From Botryllus schlosseri (Eukaryota), in contig CM119383.1 of the NCBI GenBank assembly GCA_051294905.1, positions 868,001 through 932,000 of the forward strand: 64,000 bases of DNA, given 5' to 3'. The notes beneath the pieces were generated by a model. The model saw nothing but the letters and a program-made list of their open reading frames with translations, made no database searches and was not told where the DNA came from. Shown here piece after piece: positions 13,901 through 26,100 of this stretch. The first letter of the stretch is position 1. Each line of letters opens with the position of its first letter. A program made the position numbers and the translations under genes.

Positions 13901-16900
13901 CAATGAACTCATGCAAGGTCGCTTTCGTACAATTGCGTGGATCTTGTAGAACGGATTGCTCACTAAAAGTAACGAAGAAGAAAGCAAAGACGGTTTCTTG
14001 ACAGTCCGTCAGTTCGTTGCAAAGGCGCGATATCAATAAGTACGATTTGTATATTGCGCGTGTCAAAATTTATTGAATGGTAGCCTATGTTATCGAAGAA
14101 ACTGTTCAATTCAACTAACTTGAAGGTATACTTAATGTTCGTTTTATGTAATCTGTATGAACTGCCGCAGTTGCGCAGCTGCAATTAATTACCGGCGTTT
14201 TAATGTCACGAGTTTAGTTTCCCGCTTCTGCTCCGATATTAACCGCCACAATCCACAAATAAAATAGGCCTGTAATCCGATTGTTATGTCATTGACCATT
14301 TTCTTATGTCTGTCAGTTGCTATCAGGTATGGCTTGTAATTGGAAGTCAGCTTTGCGTGTGACTGCGTGTGTGAATTTGGATTGGTTTGGTGTTGAAGGT
14401 GCAGTACTAGTAATCCGCCTGGTTAGTGCCAATTATAATTATATGCGAATATTTACGTATAAAACCGCATGGAATTGTGTTCTTGTTGTTGGCAATCGCG
14501 ATGGGGCGACATCCTGAACCAAGAAATAAAACGACGATCTCGGTATGCCGTATCAGGTAACAATCTAACCAAATTGCACGAACCAAGAGCAGGCTACATT
14601 CGAACAATTTTATAAGATCAATACATTACAAGACTGCGATACGATGAAAAGATAGGAAGGCTTTGAAACGACTTGTAGCCATTGGAATCAGACATCCACC
14701 TGGGCCTACGGAACATTCATCGGAATTCATCTCGCGACATCAGAACAACCGTGACGCTTGCAACCGGGTAGGGTTAGGCGTAAACTTCATCCCAAAAAGC
14801 TCACTTGTGTCCTCGAATATCTTCGCAAGCTTCTTGAGGTGGTCGTGATTCATTTGATCGTCGACCTTCTCCAAATAGTGCTTGGCTTTCTGGAAACAAA
14901 GTAGGTTTAACCCTGGTCTGTCGGTGCTGCGGATCTTTCTTACCTTGAATTTGATGGCAGGCTTACTCAACCGAGGCTGATTGTCGTTTTCCGCGTCTGA
15001 CAACTGCTTGCTGCAATCAGAATCGACTGAATTAGAAAACAATCGCTGCCAAAATGATATACGGCTGAGTACTGAATGAATGCAGTCAGCGCTCGACATG
15101 ACCGGACCACGATCTGATATATCGACACCACAGCACATGCCACTTCATTTAAAATGCTATATTCTATGTCATTGCGTGCGCAATTATGCAATCCATCAAT
15201 CCGTTTATTAATATTTTCATCATTTCAAAACATCACAAGACTGCGATACAATGAAAAGATAGGAAGGTGTCGAAACAACTTGGAGTAGCATTTGATCAGA
15301 CACCTACCTTAGCCTAGGCGAAGTAAAGAAGAGGCATGCACTCGCACACATTGCACAGTTGCACACTGAATGAAAAGTATTGCCGAGAATACAAGACGAA
15401 AGCGATAAAATGAGGTGGCATGTGGCGGAGGGCGAGGTCGAGGTCGATGTTAGGTCGTGGTCCGGTAATTCTGAAGACTGGCTAGTGTTCATTAAGAAGT
15501 AATTGCTTGTATTTAGACTTGAATGCGGACATGCTCGGAGAGTGTCGGATAGCCGGCGAGATGCTGTTCCGCAATTGGGGTCCGGCATACTTGATAGAGC
15601 AATGCGTTTTCTTGTATTGCGTCCTGATCATATGGTAGTTGTTCTTCGTTGACGCGCGTGTGTTGTACTTGTGCGCTTTTGACTCCGATGTGAAGTAGAC
15701 GTTGAAATTTGAGGGACATTGCAATGTGCAGTGCATGCCTCTTCTTTACATCGTCTAGGCCTGGAGTCGCGATTATTTTGGTAACCCTCCCGCAATATTA
15801 AGAGATACAGAATGGAGTCAAAATGCATTCGCAATTAGCCTTTATATGAAAGAACGGGATTATTCGCCGTATCACTAGAGGTCGTTGGAATGCTTCAGTA
15901 TAGTGTGTGCAGACCGCAGGACCAGCCTTTCGGAGCCAGCCATCTAGCCAGGAAAAACGAAGATAAATAAAATGTCGGCAATCATGGGACTCCGCGGGTA
16001 CGCTCCCAGAAGAATCGCCAATTGGCGCAAAATAATCGACGAGTGTTGGCCTGAAACTTTCAATGCGCCGAATACTCCTGTCATTGAAATCTGAGCCCCG
16101 CGGCGCAAATGTGACCAGCAACACATGCAATGCAAGTATATATCGATATTATTGACCGAGTTCGTTCTTTAACATACATGCACGCTTTCCATATTTTGGA
16201 ATCCGGAAACGACGACACTTTTAAAAAATCATAAAAGTTAGTTTACCGAAATTGATTTTGATACATTTACCGGAAATCTTGTTGTGTGGACTAAAAATTA
16301 GGGTCATCAGTCATCACTTTGGCTCGACTCCCGCATCAAATCATATTGTAATTGCATTGAAATCTTGAGATGGTTTGAAAGAATAAAATTATTAACAATT
16401 GACCATGAAAACGCCGATAAAGTGAACTATTTCAAGTTAAAAAATTTTAACGCTGAATTTGCAAAATATCCCATGAAATCACTCAATCAACCACTTCTCC
16501 AACACACCCACCAAATCGAAGCAATGGAAGTTGATTGCAGTCTGATTTTAGCTCGAAAACCCGTACAAACTTTGGCCTATATCGCTGATTAGTCGGGTGG
16601 TCCCCGGACGCGGAATATTTGCAGAACCCAGCCCGACCAGATCTTACAGCAGCCCACGGAAAATGCGGTCAGTCATTAAGAGCTCCCGCCAATTACATCC
16701 CCAGAAACGAACAGCGAATGACATTACCCAAGCACATTCATAGCGCAACTGTGCATTCACTTTCGCACCCGAAAGATGTTAGACGAAAACAGGTACAAAT
16801 CTAACACAACACTTTGGTCCAAATGAGGCTTGACATATTGTATTAAGCACAAATGGAGTACGAATCAACGTATGGATGTAGGTTTTATAACAACAGCTTT

Positions 16901-17288
16901 GCACCGTGAATCAATCAAAACCGCGTCTCCCGAACTAAGCTAACGAATGAATATATAAAATCAGACAGAGAAAAAAAAAACGATTGTTAACGATGACTGG
17001 CTCAAACATTGCCATAACTAGGCTACATTGAAACGCACAAATGAGGAAATGCTGATCAGTCGCTAAAGATTCGGCTGAAATATTCGATTGAAATCCCGAG
17101 TACTGGGTTTCTGAATTCTGGTTAGGTTCTGTTTTCGGGCATCACTTTTTGGGTATGAATGTGGCTCACCTGCTTTCTGATAGCCTCGGCAGAACTAATT
17201 TCGGAGCGTGTAAATGCAGATCGACTGACAGCGATCGCCTCCTCTTGAGGTCTTCAAACCTGACATTTCGGTCACTTTTCTTGTCCAT
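1963..17288 (-). CDS. EF-hand + WD40-repeat protein (WDR49/EFCAB8/WDY family), multi-exon, 3' end not resolved
   Basis: Phase-consistent exons traced by hand: 17170-17288 (putative first, MDKKSD..), 14944-15010, 14805-14889, 13326-13432, 12546-12722 (EF loop DNDCDGTVDWNE), 10917-11190, 10106-10380, 8686-8783, 8107-8307 (ITGGRDCDVRIWNPF..LKGHQAAV), 7148-7300, 6913-7024, 6716-6854 (GC donor), 6324-6555 (LIWNFNNG), 5298-5449 (LASAAYDGDIFVWS), 4849-4995, 4683-4792, 4018-4134, 3687-3839, 3019-3264 (FRGHTRAI..VRLWSLDGRYVGTFGQ), 1963-2181 (PEDIRRVAS). About 1060 aa, no stop reached. Family assignment is from recalled motif similarity; the first exon and exact orthology are inferred. Confidence 0.85.
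5967..6222. mobile_element. hAT-type MITE with a TACTTC-rich interior
   Basis: Termini cagaggtggtca../..tgaccacctcca and perfect TSD gttacgtc. Confidence 0.75.
9260..9888. mobile_element. hAT-type MITE, TAGGG(G/C)TCTTCAAAAATGAC family
   Basis: TIR taggggtcttcaaaaatgac, perfect TSD ctgtacag and a quasi-palindromic interior. Confidence 0.88.
11411..12235. mobile_element. hAT-type MITE containing a nested MITE (11757-12057)
   Basis: Outer TIR caggggtcgccaac/gttggtgacccctg with perfect TSD cattaaag. Inner termini cagtgg..caccactg with TSD ccctaaga/ccctaagc. Confidence 0.85.
15205..16130 (-). mobile_element. Degenerate 3' end of a non-LTR retrotransposon (CR1/L2-like group): ORF2 C-terminus plus 3' UTR
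   Basis: ORF 15482-15736 reads HKYNTR..SIKYAGPQLRNSISPAIRHSPSMSAFKSKYKQLLLNEH*, the typical C-terminus after the RT domain. Frameshifted upstream remnants extend to ~16130. The following UTR (..cctaggctaaggtaggtgtctgatc..cgacaccttcctatcttttcattgtatcgcagtcttgtgatgttttgaaatgatgaaaatatt) recurs at ~19060, 33220-33450, 37640/38640-38760, 39230/41050-41170, 59810-60070 and 63230-63460. Confidence 0.75.
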
Positions 17289-17358
17289 GGTTTTCCTGAA
17301 TATGTCGCGCTTACAGAAGAAATGCCGAAAACGGTTTTAACGGATTTGTTGAGGCTCT

Positions 17359-17368
17359 GTGACGTCAC
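17359..17368. promoter_or_regulatory. Palindromic CRE/ATF site (GTGACGTCAC)
   Basis: Exact TGACGTCA in the 240-bp gap between the putative WD40-gene start (17288, minus) and the plus-strand gene candidate (17531). Function is inferred only. Confidence 0.3.
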
Positions 17369-17530
17369 ACACGACTAGAAAACGGTCTGGTCTATAACCG
17401 GTACTGAATTATTCTATTCCGTTATGTGCTGAATTCAACTAGTTATCCCGCTCGCTATGTCGTATAGGGACCGATTAATTTAGAACGTACTTACGCTATG
17501 AATCATTATGTTGTTATCTCTCTATAAAGT

Positions 17531-19649
17531 ATGACAAACTATCAGCGTATTTCGCTTGCAGTCTAAGCATACCGAGCGTCCACACTCCACATTCAAGTCA
17601 AATACAAAACAGATTCTGCTGAACGAATACTAGCCAAAGCGCCAAATTGGCCTGGTTCAGGTTGTACGACGCCAACATATCGCTATACTGAAAAGATGTG
17701 TTGTTCTAAACATAATAGACGAGGAAGCTACACATTGCCAAGCTCAAGCTCACAGCTACCGTCATCGCGCCGCAAAATTCGATAACTTCTTCACCTGCAA
17801 TAACCTCCATCACGTATGCCGTGCCCGCGCTACTATTGTTTTGGACTGGAACCGAATGTCGAATCCTGTTAATTGGTAGGCTAATGATTACTCTTGATTG
17901 ATGATATTTCGTTGCCTTATACAACGACTACTTTGGTGCTGGAAAGTCTCTTCCGCAATCAGCGTCTATCGTGTGTGGTGTATCGATATATTTCTAGGTG
18001 TAACAGTAAAGCCGCGCTGACTCCAACAGTAGTCGGAGCATGGTCCCTGGACGTATGAACAATGAACATGCGACATTACTGCATGCGACACTTCGGCATG
18101 CGACACATGAGCATGTGGGTTAAATTACGGGTTAGGTTAGGGTTGGATTGGATTTATGGTTTGGTTAGGGTTTAGTTTACGATATTAAGGGTTAATTTCA
18201 GGATCAAGTTCTAGGTTAGGGTAAGTTTTTGGGTTATACAGTCACATGCTGAAGTGACGCATGCTGATGTGTCTCATGCTGAAATGTCGTTTTCATTGTG
18301 TCGCATGCTCATTGCTCATATGTCGGGCAACCGTAGAGCATACCCAGTGCCCACATTCCAGTCGAATTGTAACCAGCTTCAGCAGAATGAACAGTAGCCT
18401 AGTCAGCCCGCAAGTTGACCAGAACTGACATATCAACCTCGTCCACCGTTATCTTCTATTGCTGTTTCGACTACCATGGTCATTACACCAGGCCGACTAT
18501 TTATCCTGATTCCTAACCTGCCGACCTGTAGCACGGTCCTCTTTCGTTCGTTCTATATCTAGGCTTCTAGATCAGTAAGTGCAGTGGTGGCCCTACGAAC
18601 GGGGGGGGGGGGGGAGGGGCGAGACTTACCGGGGGGGGGGGGCTATAAGTATCTATCCGTCCCCCGCCCCCAGACCCCTCTTCCGCATCGGTTATTATTA
18701 TCTATCTTTCACCACCGCAAAGGTTTGCCCAGGTGCTGGGTTCGGCCATGTCTATTTTACATGTGTGCAAGGATATACTACATCAAAACCAAGTAATTCT
18801 ACCGCATGCAGAGACGTGATGATTATCGGGATACGGGACTTTTCTAACAAATGCAGTGATTTGATGATGATTGACACATCTGTACGGAATCATATTCTTG
18901 CTTGGTGCACGGATTTGCATGTTTATTCGTCATTCTCCTTGAAAAAAGCGCAAAATCCAAATAGGGGGGCCCCCGCCCACCCCAAAAGCCACCACTGAGT
19001 AAGTGATAGTCTTATACTTTTCATTCATTGTCCACTGTCCATGCCCCCTCTGTACATCGCCTCGGCCAGCCGAGTGTCTGATCTCAAAGACTACTCCCAA
19101 AGTCGTTTCGAAGCCTTCCTAACTTTTCATGGTATCGTGATCTTGGTGTTTTTGAAAGCATGGAAGTAATAATATCCCATCTATTGTATAATGTATACAT
19201 ATTCAAGTGGACCCGGCTATCTTCGGCTGACACTCGTAAGCCGTAATCGTCAGCAACTAGTTGACCCTGACGACTGTGAGCCAAATATATTGTGGTTAAT
19301 TTTAATGTGACCATATTATTCAATTGCATATTCAAGTTGTGCACCTCCCAAGAGTCTCTTAAAGGCGGATGGTCTGCCGGTCTATCGCCACACTGACATA
19401 AGCTTATTAACTCGGAAGTTCTGGCGAGACGAGAAACCACCACGATTTCAAGAAGGTATATGCTCCTTTGCAAGACGGACGAACACACATTTATAAGTGT
19501 ACCACCGCAACCAATCTTCATGGCGACAACAGTATCACAAAGCCGTCAAATTTCGCCGGAAACAGGTCGGAATCACAGGACAAGTTCAGCGTTCTCGTAA
19601 ATTATTTCAATTCTAATTGTCAAAGAGCCCATATCGGACTGAACGATAG
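17531..19649 (+). CDS. Candidate small spliced gene of unknown function (basic, ~165 codons), 5' end uncertain
   Basis: Segments 17531-17660, 17719-17875, 19337-19455, 19498-19565 and 19626-19649 join by GT-AG introns (58, 1461, 42, 60 nt) with matching phases, giving ..NWPGSDEEATHCQAQAHSYRHRAAKFDNFF..PKSLLKADGLPVYRHTDISLLTRKFWRDEKPPRFQEVYHRNQSSWRQQYHKAVKFRRKQSPYRTER*. The ATG at 17531 is followed by an in-frame TAA at 17564-17566, so the start is unresolved. No family recognised. Confidence 0.4.
18043..18331. mobile_element. MITE with ~34-bp imperfect TIRs and a degenerate GGGTTA-like interior
   Basis: Left ggtccctggacgtatgaacaatgaacatgcgaca versus the reverse complement of the right end, ggttgcccgacatatgagcaatgagcatgcgaca. 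A related fragment lies in opposite orientation at ~5470-5590. Confidence 0.65.
18582..18997. mobile_element. hAT-type MITE with G-rich subterminus
   Basis: TIR cagtggtggc/gccaccactg and perfect TSD agtaagtg. Confidence 0.82.
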
Positions 19650-20137
19650 TCTATTGCGCACATGATAAATCTGCACTGACGGGAACAAAAACCACCGAAT
19701 TCACAAGAGGCCCGACGTCTGATCGTTCACGTTCACGAGCAGACTTGGACAACCAGATAATTTTAGTCGTCAGAATAGAATAATATCGATGTTCCCGTAA
19801 ATGCTAGAGGAGAAAGTGTATCGTGCGAAAAGAAGTCTGATTTGACATGAATTGAATTTTTGTTGTATATCTTTCCGATATTGAACGAAATCTTGCTTGA
19901 AGTTTTTGCGAATTAAGTAATTGTAATTCGGAAAAACAAAAAATTTTCTAGTTATCCGACTCTGCCCACGAGTCGTGAAACTGCATTCAGATCGGCCACA
20001 AACACAATGACACTCAGATAGAAATATTGTAAGCCATCAAAAATGATATATCTATAAAACAGAACTCCTGGCGTCCTATCCTCGAGTCCGAGACAAAGTC
20101 GGTGAATTGCCTATCTCAAAAACAAAACGCATGGCCG

Positions 20138-23100
20138 TTATAACTCTTGTTTTGGTGGGTCGGTGGTGGTTTCATCTGTCGTCTCTTCTTTTTCTGCCGT
20201 TGCCTCTTCTGCTGTTTCCGTCGTCTCTTCTGTTTTTTCTTCTTCCGAATGTTCTGAGAGTCGAGATAATAGTTTTCGACATCTAGCTTAATTTAATGCT
20301 TGACACTGACTTGTCAGTGATGGTCAAAGTAGTCAGAATCGCTGCTCAATTACAAGTAGAAGTGACACAGTCAATTTTCACTGAATCATAACTTACAAAT
20401 AGAACTAGAGACTGCAACAGGGTTGTAATCAAGTCACAAGTCAATTTGACTTCTATAGTTTTGACTCGAGTCATTTTCAATTCACCACCGAGTCAAATTC
20501 GAGTCCAAGTCATAGTGTTCACTGTTCAGTATCGAGTTCAAGTCAGGTTCAACTGACTTCTATGAAACTCTTTTGGGCGATATCGAAGGCCTCGAATTCA
20601 TAATATAGACATTTTTCTCACTCTAAACATGTTCATCCAAACAGATAAAAGACAGTTTCTGGACCTATGGTACAATTATTAGCCCTGATATCTACCAAAC
20701 TTGAATATGTCATAAAATATGCCGAGGCACATGACTTGGTCGAGTCATGCGCGACGACTCGAGCACAGGTCAAGTCGATACAAAAAGTGTCAGAAGTCGG
20801 GTAGAGTCATTTCCCTATTTCAGAAAATGACTCGAGTCAAGTCATCACAACCCTGGACTGCAGTACTCGAAATGCGTAACAACTTAAGAACGTGGCGCAA
20901 ACAGACAATCCTTCATGCGTGCTCTGTTGCCGATTGATCGGCTGCAGTTATTATTATTATCAGACAGAAAATCAGTCATCGAAAAACTAGCAGGCCTACC
21001 CGTGGTCGGTTCCTCCGTGACATCGGGCGAAGGTGTGACAGATTCCTTTTCTTCCTCGGGGGTTTCAACTGTTTTTGTCCCATTGGTGGCGGATTCACCA
21101 GCTGAAAAATAATTGTATTTAGTCAAAATCGAGCCATCTTGGGATATTCATTCCAACTGCTGACAAAGTTTAGAGTGCTAGTACTAACTAGAATGACAGC
21201 TACGGTTTTTTCCTAGTTAGATTAGAATTAAAATGGCTAAATCTGAATTAAAAGGAAAAGGAAAAATTTTCAGCTTCTCCAACTTTGATTAAAATTACAC
21301 AACATATGCAGTTTTTTCCATATTAGAGCATAATCAGACTGAATTTACGAATTTACGTCAAACGTATGTACACAGTTTACACTAAGCTTTGATGGTTTCG
21401 CACAATACATTTCTCCTGCAGCATTTTCAGGAAAACCAGAAAATTAGAAAAAATAATGAGTGCATAGAAACATTTCACAGATTAGATTAGAACTAGATTA
21501 CCGGCATTTCACCCCAACCATTGTAATTGCAACAAACCTGATTCGGTCGAATTTGACTTCTTGGGCGGTGGTTTTGGCTTCGCCGTTCTTGCTTTGTTGA
21601 GCAAATACTGGATCTGCGAAATCGAATTTTTTTTGTTAAAACAACGTGAATTCAATCCTGGGTATTTCATAATAATTGCCTCCCGGTTCAGGCCTCCCAT
21701 CTTGGTTTTCAGGTCGTCCGGTTTCAAAATGTTGTTGGAATGACTCTCGATCGCACGCTGCTTTTTCAAGGTTTCATTTTTCCACGTCTGGCAAAAAAGG
21801 TTATAGAAAATTCACAAAAACTACAGCTGATGATTTCGGGTTGGTATGATCACACTTTGAAAGAAATTTTGGTATCGGCAATTAGAGGTAAAAAATCTGT
21901 GATGACTGTCCAGTTTCAAGTTAAAGTCTTGTTAGAGCCACGTTTTACAACTCAGCATGGTGGTATCGAATTCTTCGCATTCATAATATTTGCGAATAAT
22001 TGCAATGACTGGTCAGTTCAGTTAAATCTTATTAAACTCCAATTTTACAACTCTGCATGGTCGGATTGAATGTATCACATTCATAATATACTAATTTTCC
22101 TCGCTTTTAACAGTTTCTGGTCGCTTTTTCAAGTACCAATACTAATAGACAAAAGACTTGACTATTCTTCGAAATTACAATGAAATGTGGGTTTTGGCAG
22201 TCTGAGTTTTGAGTCATATGACATGGTTCGAGTCATGCGGAATGACTCAAGTACAAGTCGTGTCAACACACAGATTGACTGTGTCGAGTAAAGTTATTTT
22301 CGGCATCTTGATAAATGAATCGAGTCAATAAAAAAACATGACTGAAGTCATAACAGCCCTGCTTTAAACTAGACCGAATTTATCGAACAACTCACCACGC
22401 TCTCGTTATACAGTTTCTTGAGCACGTTGATTTCGACCTCCGTATAGATCTGTTTGTCCTCGGGCAAGGCTTCGATGGCGTTTATGAAATGCGAGGTGTA
22501 ATTGAACATAGTTTCCATCTCGGCCAACAGCGGCTCCACATCTCTTCTCTCTTTGACCCGAAGCAGCCAAGGCCTGGCCAGCTTTTTCAATTCCGTCAAT
22601 TTTTCTTTGTACACCTGAAAGACAGATAGCTTCAACATAGTCGGACAAATGGAAAATTTGCAGCTTTTCCGAATTGTTGTCGAATTAGACTTACAGCCAC
22701 GGTTTTAACCAAATTAGATAAGAATGAGAATGATTGCATTTGCAAAAACTTAGAAATTGAATTAATTCACGAGTTAGAAAGAATATATAATTCAAAGTTC
22801 TCTTCATATCGATTCAGGATTGATATTCACAAGCATGAGAATGGCAAACTAGGACTACTCCCTTTCCAAAACTGACAACGTTTTAAAAATCCTCGACTAA
22901 CTAATACACAATTGAATAGTATATTAATTGAAATGAGCCCGAATATTTTTGGCTGACACTCGTCAGGGGTAATACACAGCTAACTGACAGTCCGAACTAC
23001 TTAATTGCAAATGAGCTGACAAATATTACTAACAGAATCTGCATTTCCAAAAGAAGGAGGTTTGGAGTTTGAAATGGAAAGGTTTTGACCCTCTAAAACC

Positions 23101-26100
23101 CACCTGCTATTAGTAGTGATGACTCTGAGCTAGCAATGGCTGTAAGAACATTGAACATCGACACGTTTTCCTAGTTATTCTACAACTAAATTTGAACTGG
23201 AATTACTCACTTTTCAAAATCAGCAACCAAAGCTTGAACTAGAACTACGCAATTGGTAGTTTGTACAAATCTGTCATGCTTGGCTTGTTTTGCAAGTTGT
23301 CCCGTAGCATGGTTAGGAAAACCAGAAGTCAGAATAGAATGAAGAGCATAGTAACATCTCAAATATTACATCACATATTGGTCTAATTACACAAACATAT
23401 GTAATTGTCCAAGTTAGGTCTCAGAAGGTGCTGACAACAAACCTCTGGCGCGACTTCATCTTCTAGTTCAAACATCCAGTCGGAGGCTTCTCGGAGCGCT
23501 TTTGGGATTTCCTCCGCTTCTGTCGTATTCATGGCTTTCTCATAGTCTTCCTGTTGAAATCAAAAGAGAGGTTGAAGTGTAGTCCGCCATTGAAGTTTGC
23601 GAAATACCCAGACATGATGTAAAAGTAGCCGAAGTTGCTACTAATTTAGAAGTACAGGTAACAATGGAAATTTCTGCACAATCACGAGTAGCAATTTCCA
23701 AGACACGACAAAACTGCCAGGAGTAGATATTGAGAGCTCTGAAAGGTACTCAAGTAGCCTGAAAATGGACATTACGGCTGTTCAAAAATAACTTTTTTTC
23801 TTCCTATTTTACTGGCGTCTTCTTAAAATTGGTAGGCTACAAAAAACACTGCACACCAAGTTTGGTTCAATTCGAACCTACAGAGGCATTGCTACATAAA
23901 AAAAGTTTCGAATTTATTTAATAAAATTATATATAAATAATATTTTCCAAAATTTAACTGGCTACGTCATGAAATTGTTAAGTTGTCTGAAAAAAACAAC
24001 AACGATTCACAACAAATTCGACTCGATTCACAACAAATTCGACTCAATTCCAACATAAACAGGTAGTCCTACCATAAAACTGCGTAAGTGGAGGTGTAGC
24101 AATTTCACCCACTCACTTTCTATAAGTAGTTTTACCTGAGAAACTGCTAAGTGGGAGTAGTTTGAAAACAGAAACCCCTCGAGTGAGCAGTGCAAGTATG
24201 CAAAATCTACTTGAGCACATTAAAAAAGTAGTAGCACCCCCATTAAAGACCAACTCTTTTCAAGTACCTGATAAGCCTTGTCTTGCTTGTCGTAAATGTA
24301 TGACTCCAACGCGTTCATGGCCTCCTCTCGAGCCACTTTGAGAGCGTCCACCTCGGCTAGAGCTTGCAGTCTGAATAACACACATTATCTTGTAACATTC
24401 ACGGTTGATTCACGCAGTCAAAAAGTAGAACCTTTCTTTCGAAAGCTCCGTTACTTCGGACGAATGTTCTAGAAAATCGAGTCTATCTTCTGTTCTGTTG
24501 ATGGTGAGCGAGATCTTCAATTTTTTTGGCTTTTTCGGTTTGGTCTCGGTAGCGTTGGCGATGGCTGAGAAATATCCATCATATTATATAATTGAATAAT
24601 ATATTCGTATTAAAGAGAGACTCATCAAGGATGATCGTCAGCAACTAGTAGAGAATTGGAAAGAACATTGTACATCACCCATCCTATCACCGGCATGAAA
24701 ATTTGAATTATCGAAGCGAGCTCAGTGTACTATTTTTAGATTATACGAATTAAGCACAAGCCTACAATCTTAGTTGTCCAATTTGACTGAATTATGGCGA
24801 AGTGACGGTAATCTAATGCTAATTCGATGTGTGAAATGTTCCCTTGCTCCAATTCTAGTTCTAATCTAATCTAATTAGTGTCAGCCGAAAATATTCGGGT
24901 TCATTTCAATACAAATATATTATTCAATTGTATACTGGCATGCTCAAACTCAAAGAGTAATTCAAATAAACTTACTGTCATTTTTCTCTAAAGTCTCTGG
25001 TTTTGGGTCCGCTTTCTCTTTCGTCTTCTCCTCGGCAGTTTCATTTTCCGGTTCCTTTTTCTCGTCGGACGCTTTTTCTTCTTGTTTTTCGCTGCCAGAT
25101 TCCTCTTTTGCCGCGTCTGGTTCAGCTGCGACCGATTCAAAGTTAACATCGCAATCAAATCTCATCTAATGGTTGCCCGACATTTGAACCAAAGACTTTT
25201 TAACCCCATTAGTTTTTTCAACTTGAATTGAAATTCTGGGGTTCGAGTTGGGGTCGATCAGTGTTGTAACCAAGTAACGAGGTTCCGAGTCACAAGTAAA
25301 TTTTACCTTGATAATTTTGACTCGCCTCAAGTCATGGTGCAACGGGTCTATTTCTCAAGTATCGGTCCTGACGTGCGAGACTTGAATAAGTCATATATAG
25401 CGTCTCGAGTCATTATTATGACTTAGTCGAGTGAGAAAAATGAGTATATTACAGGGTTGTGATGACGCAAGTAATGACTTGAGTCGCAATTTTTCGATGA
25501 CTCGACTTGACTCGAGTCATTTCTTCAAATGAATAAAATGACTCGACCCAAGTCGTATGTCTCGAGACTAGGACGGCCAGGACACACATTTCATTGCAGC
25601 TTCGAATAGTAAATTTATTACATTATTGGTGTTCCGGTCCTGATACTCGGAAAATAGGGCCAGAAACTGTTAAGACTGAGGAAAATTACTATACTCTGAA
25701 TACGAGCCATTCTATATCACTCGTGCAGAGTTGAAAAAGTGGGTTAAACCAGATTGAATTGAAAACTGAATAGTGAACATAATGACTCGGACTGACTCGA
25801 TGTTGATCTGAAAATGACTCGAGTCATGAGACCGACTTGTGACTCGAAACCTCGTGACTTGGTTACAACTAGAGGTCGACCGATATTGATTTTTACAAGC
25901 CGATACTGATATTAACATGGAAGGAGCAGAGAACAATTCCACCAAAAATATTGTATATTAGGCAAGATGGCACTTGTACATGCCACAGAAAGCTAAACCA
26001 CAAACGAGAAAACTGAAATTGAAAAGAATTATTTCTTAATTGTGCACATTCGATGAAATTTGGGACAACCCAAAAAGCAAAATATGATACAGAATTGCAG

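Noticed and set aside
18120-18236. Interstitial telomere
   Set aside because: The GGGTTA units are highly degenerate and enclosed by the TIRs of a dispersed element.
18598-18670. Poly-G tracts as a functional G-quadruplex or promoter
   Set aside because: They lie in the subterminal part of MITE 18582-18997, and homopolymer lengths are error-prone.
19084-19521. 145-aa minus-strand ORF
   Set aside because: It runs across a LINE tail and a hammerhead-family repeat, and it is antisense to the better-supported plus-strand exon candidates.
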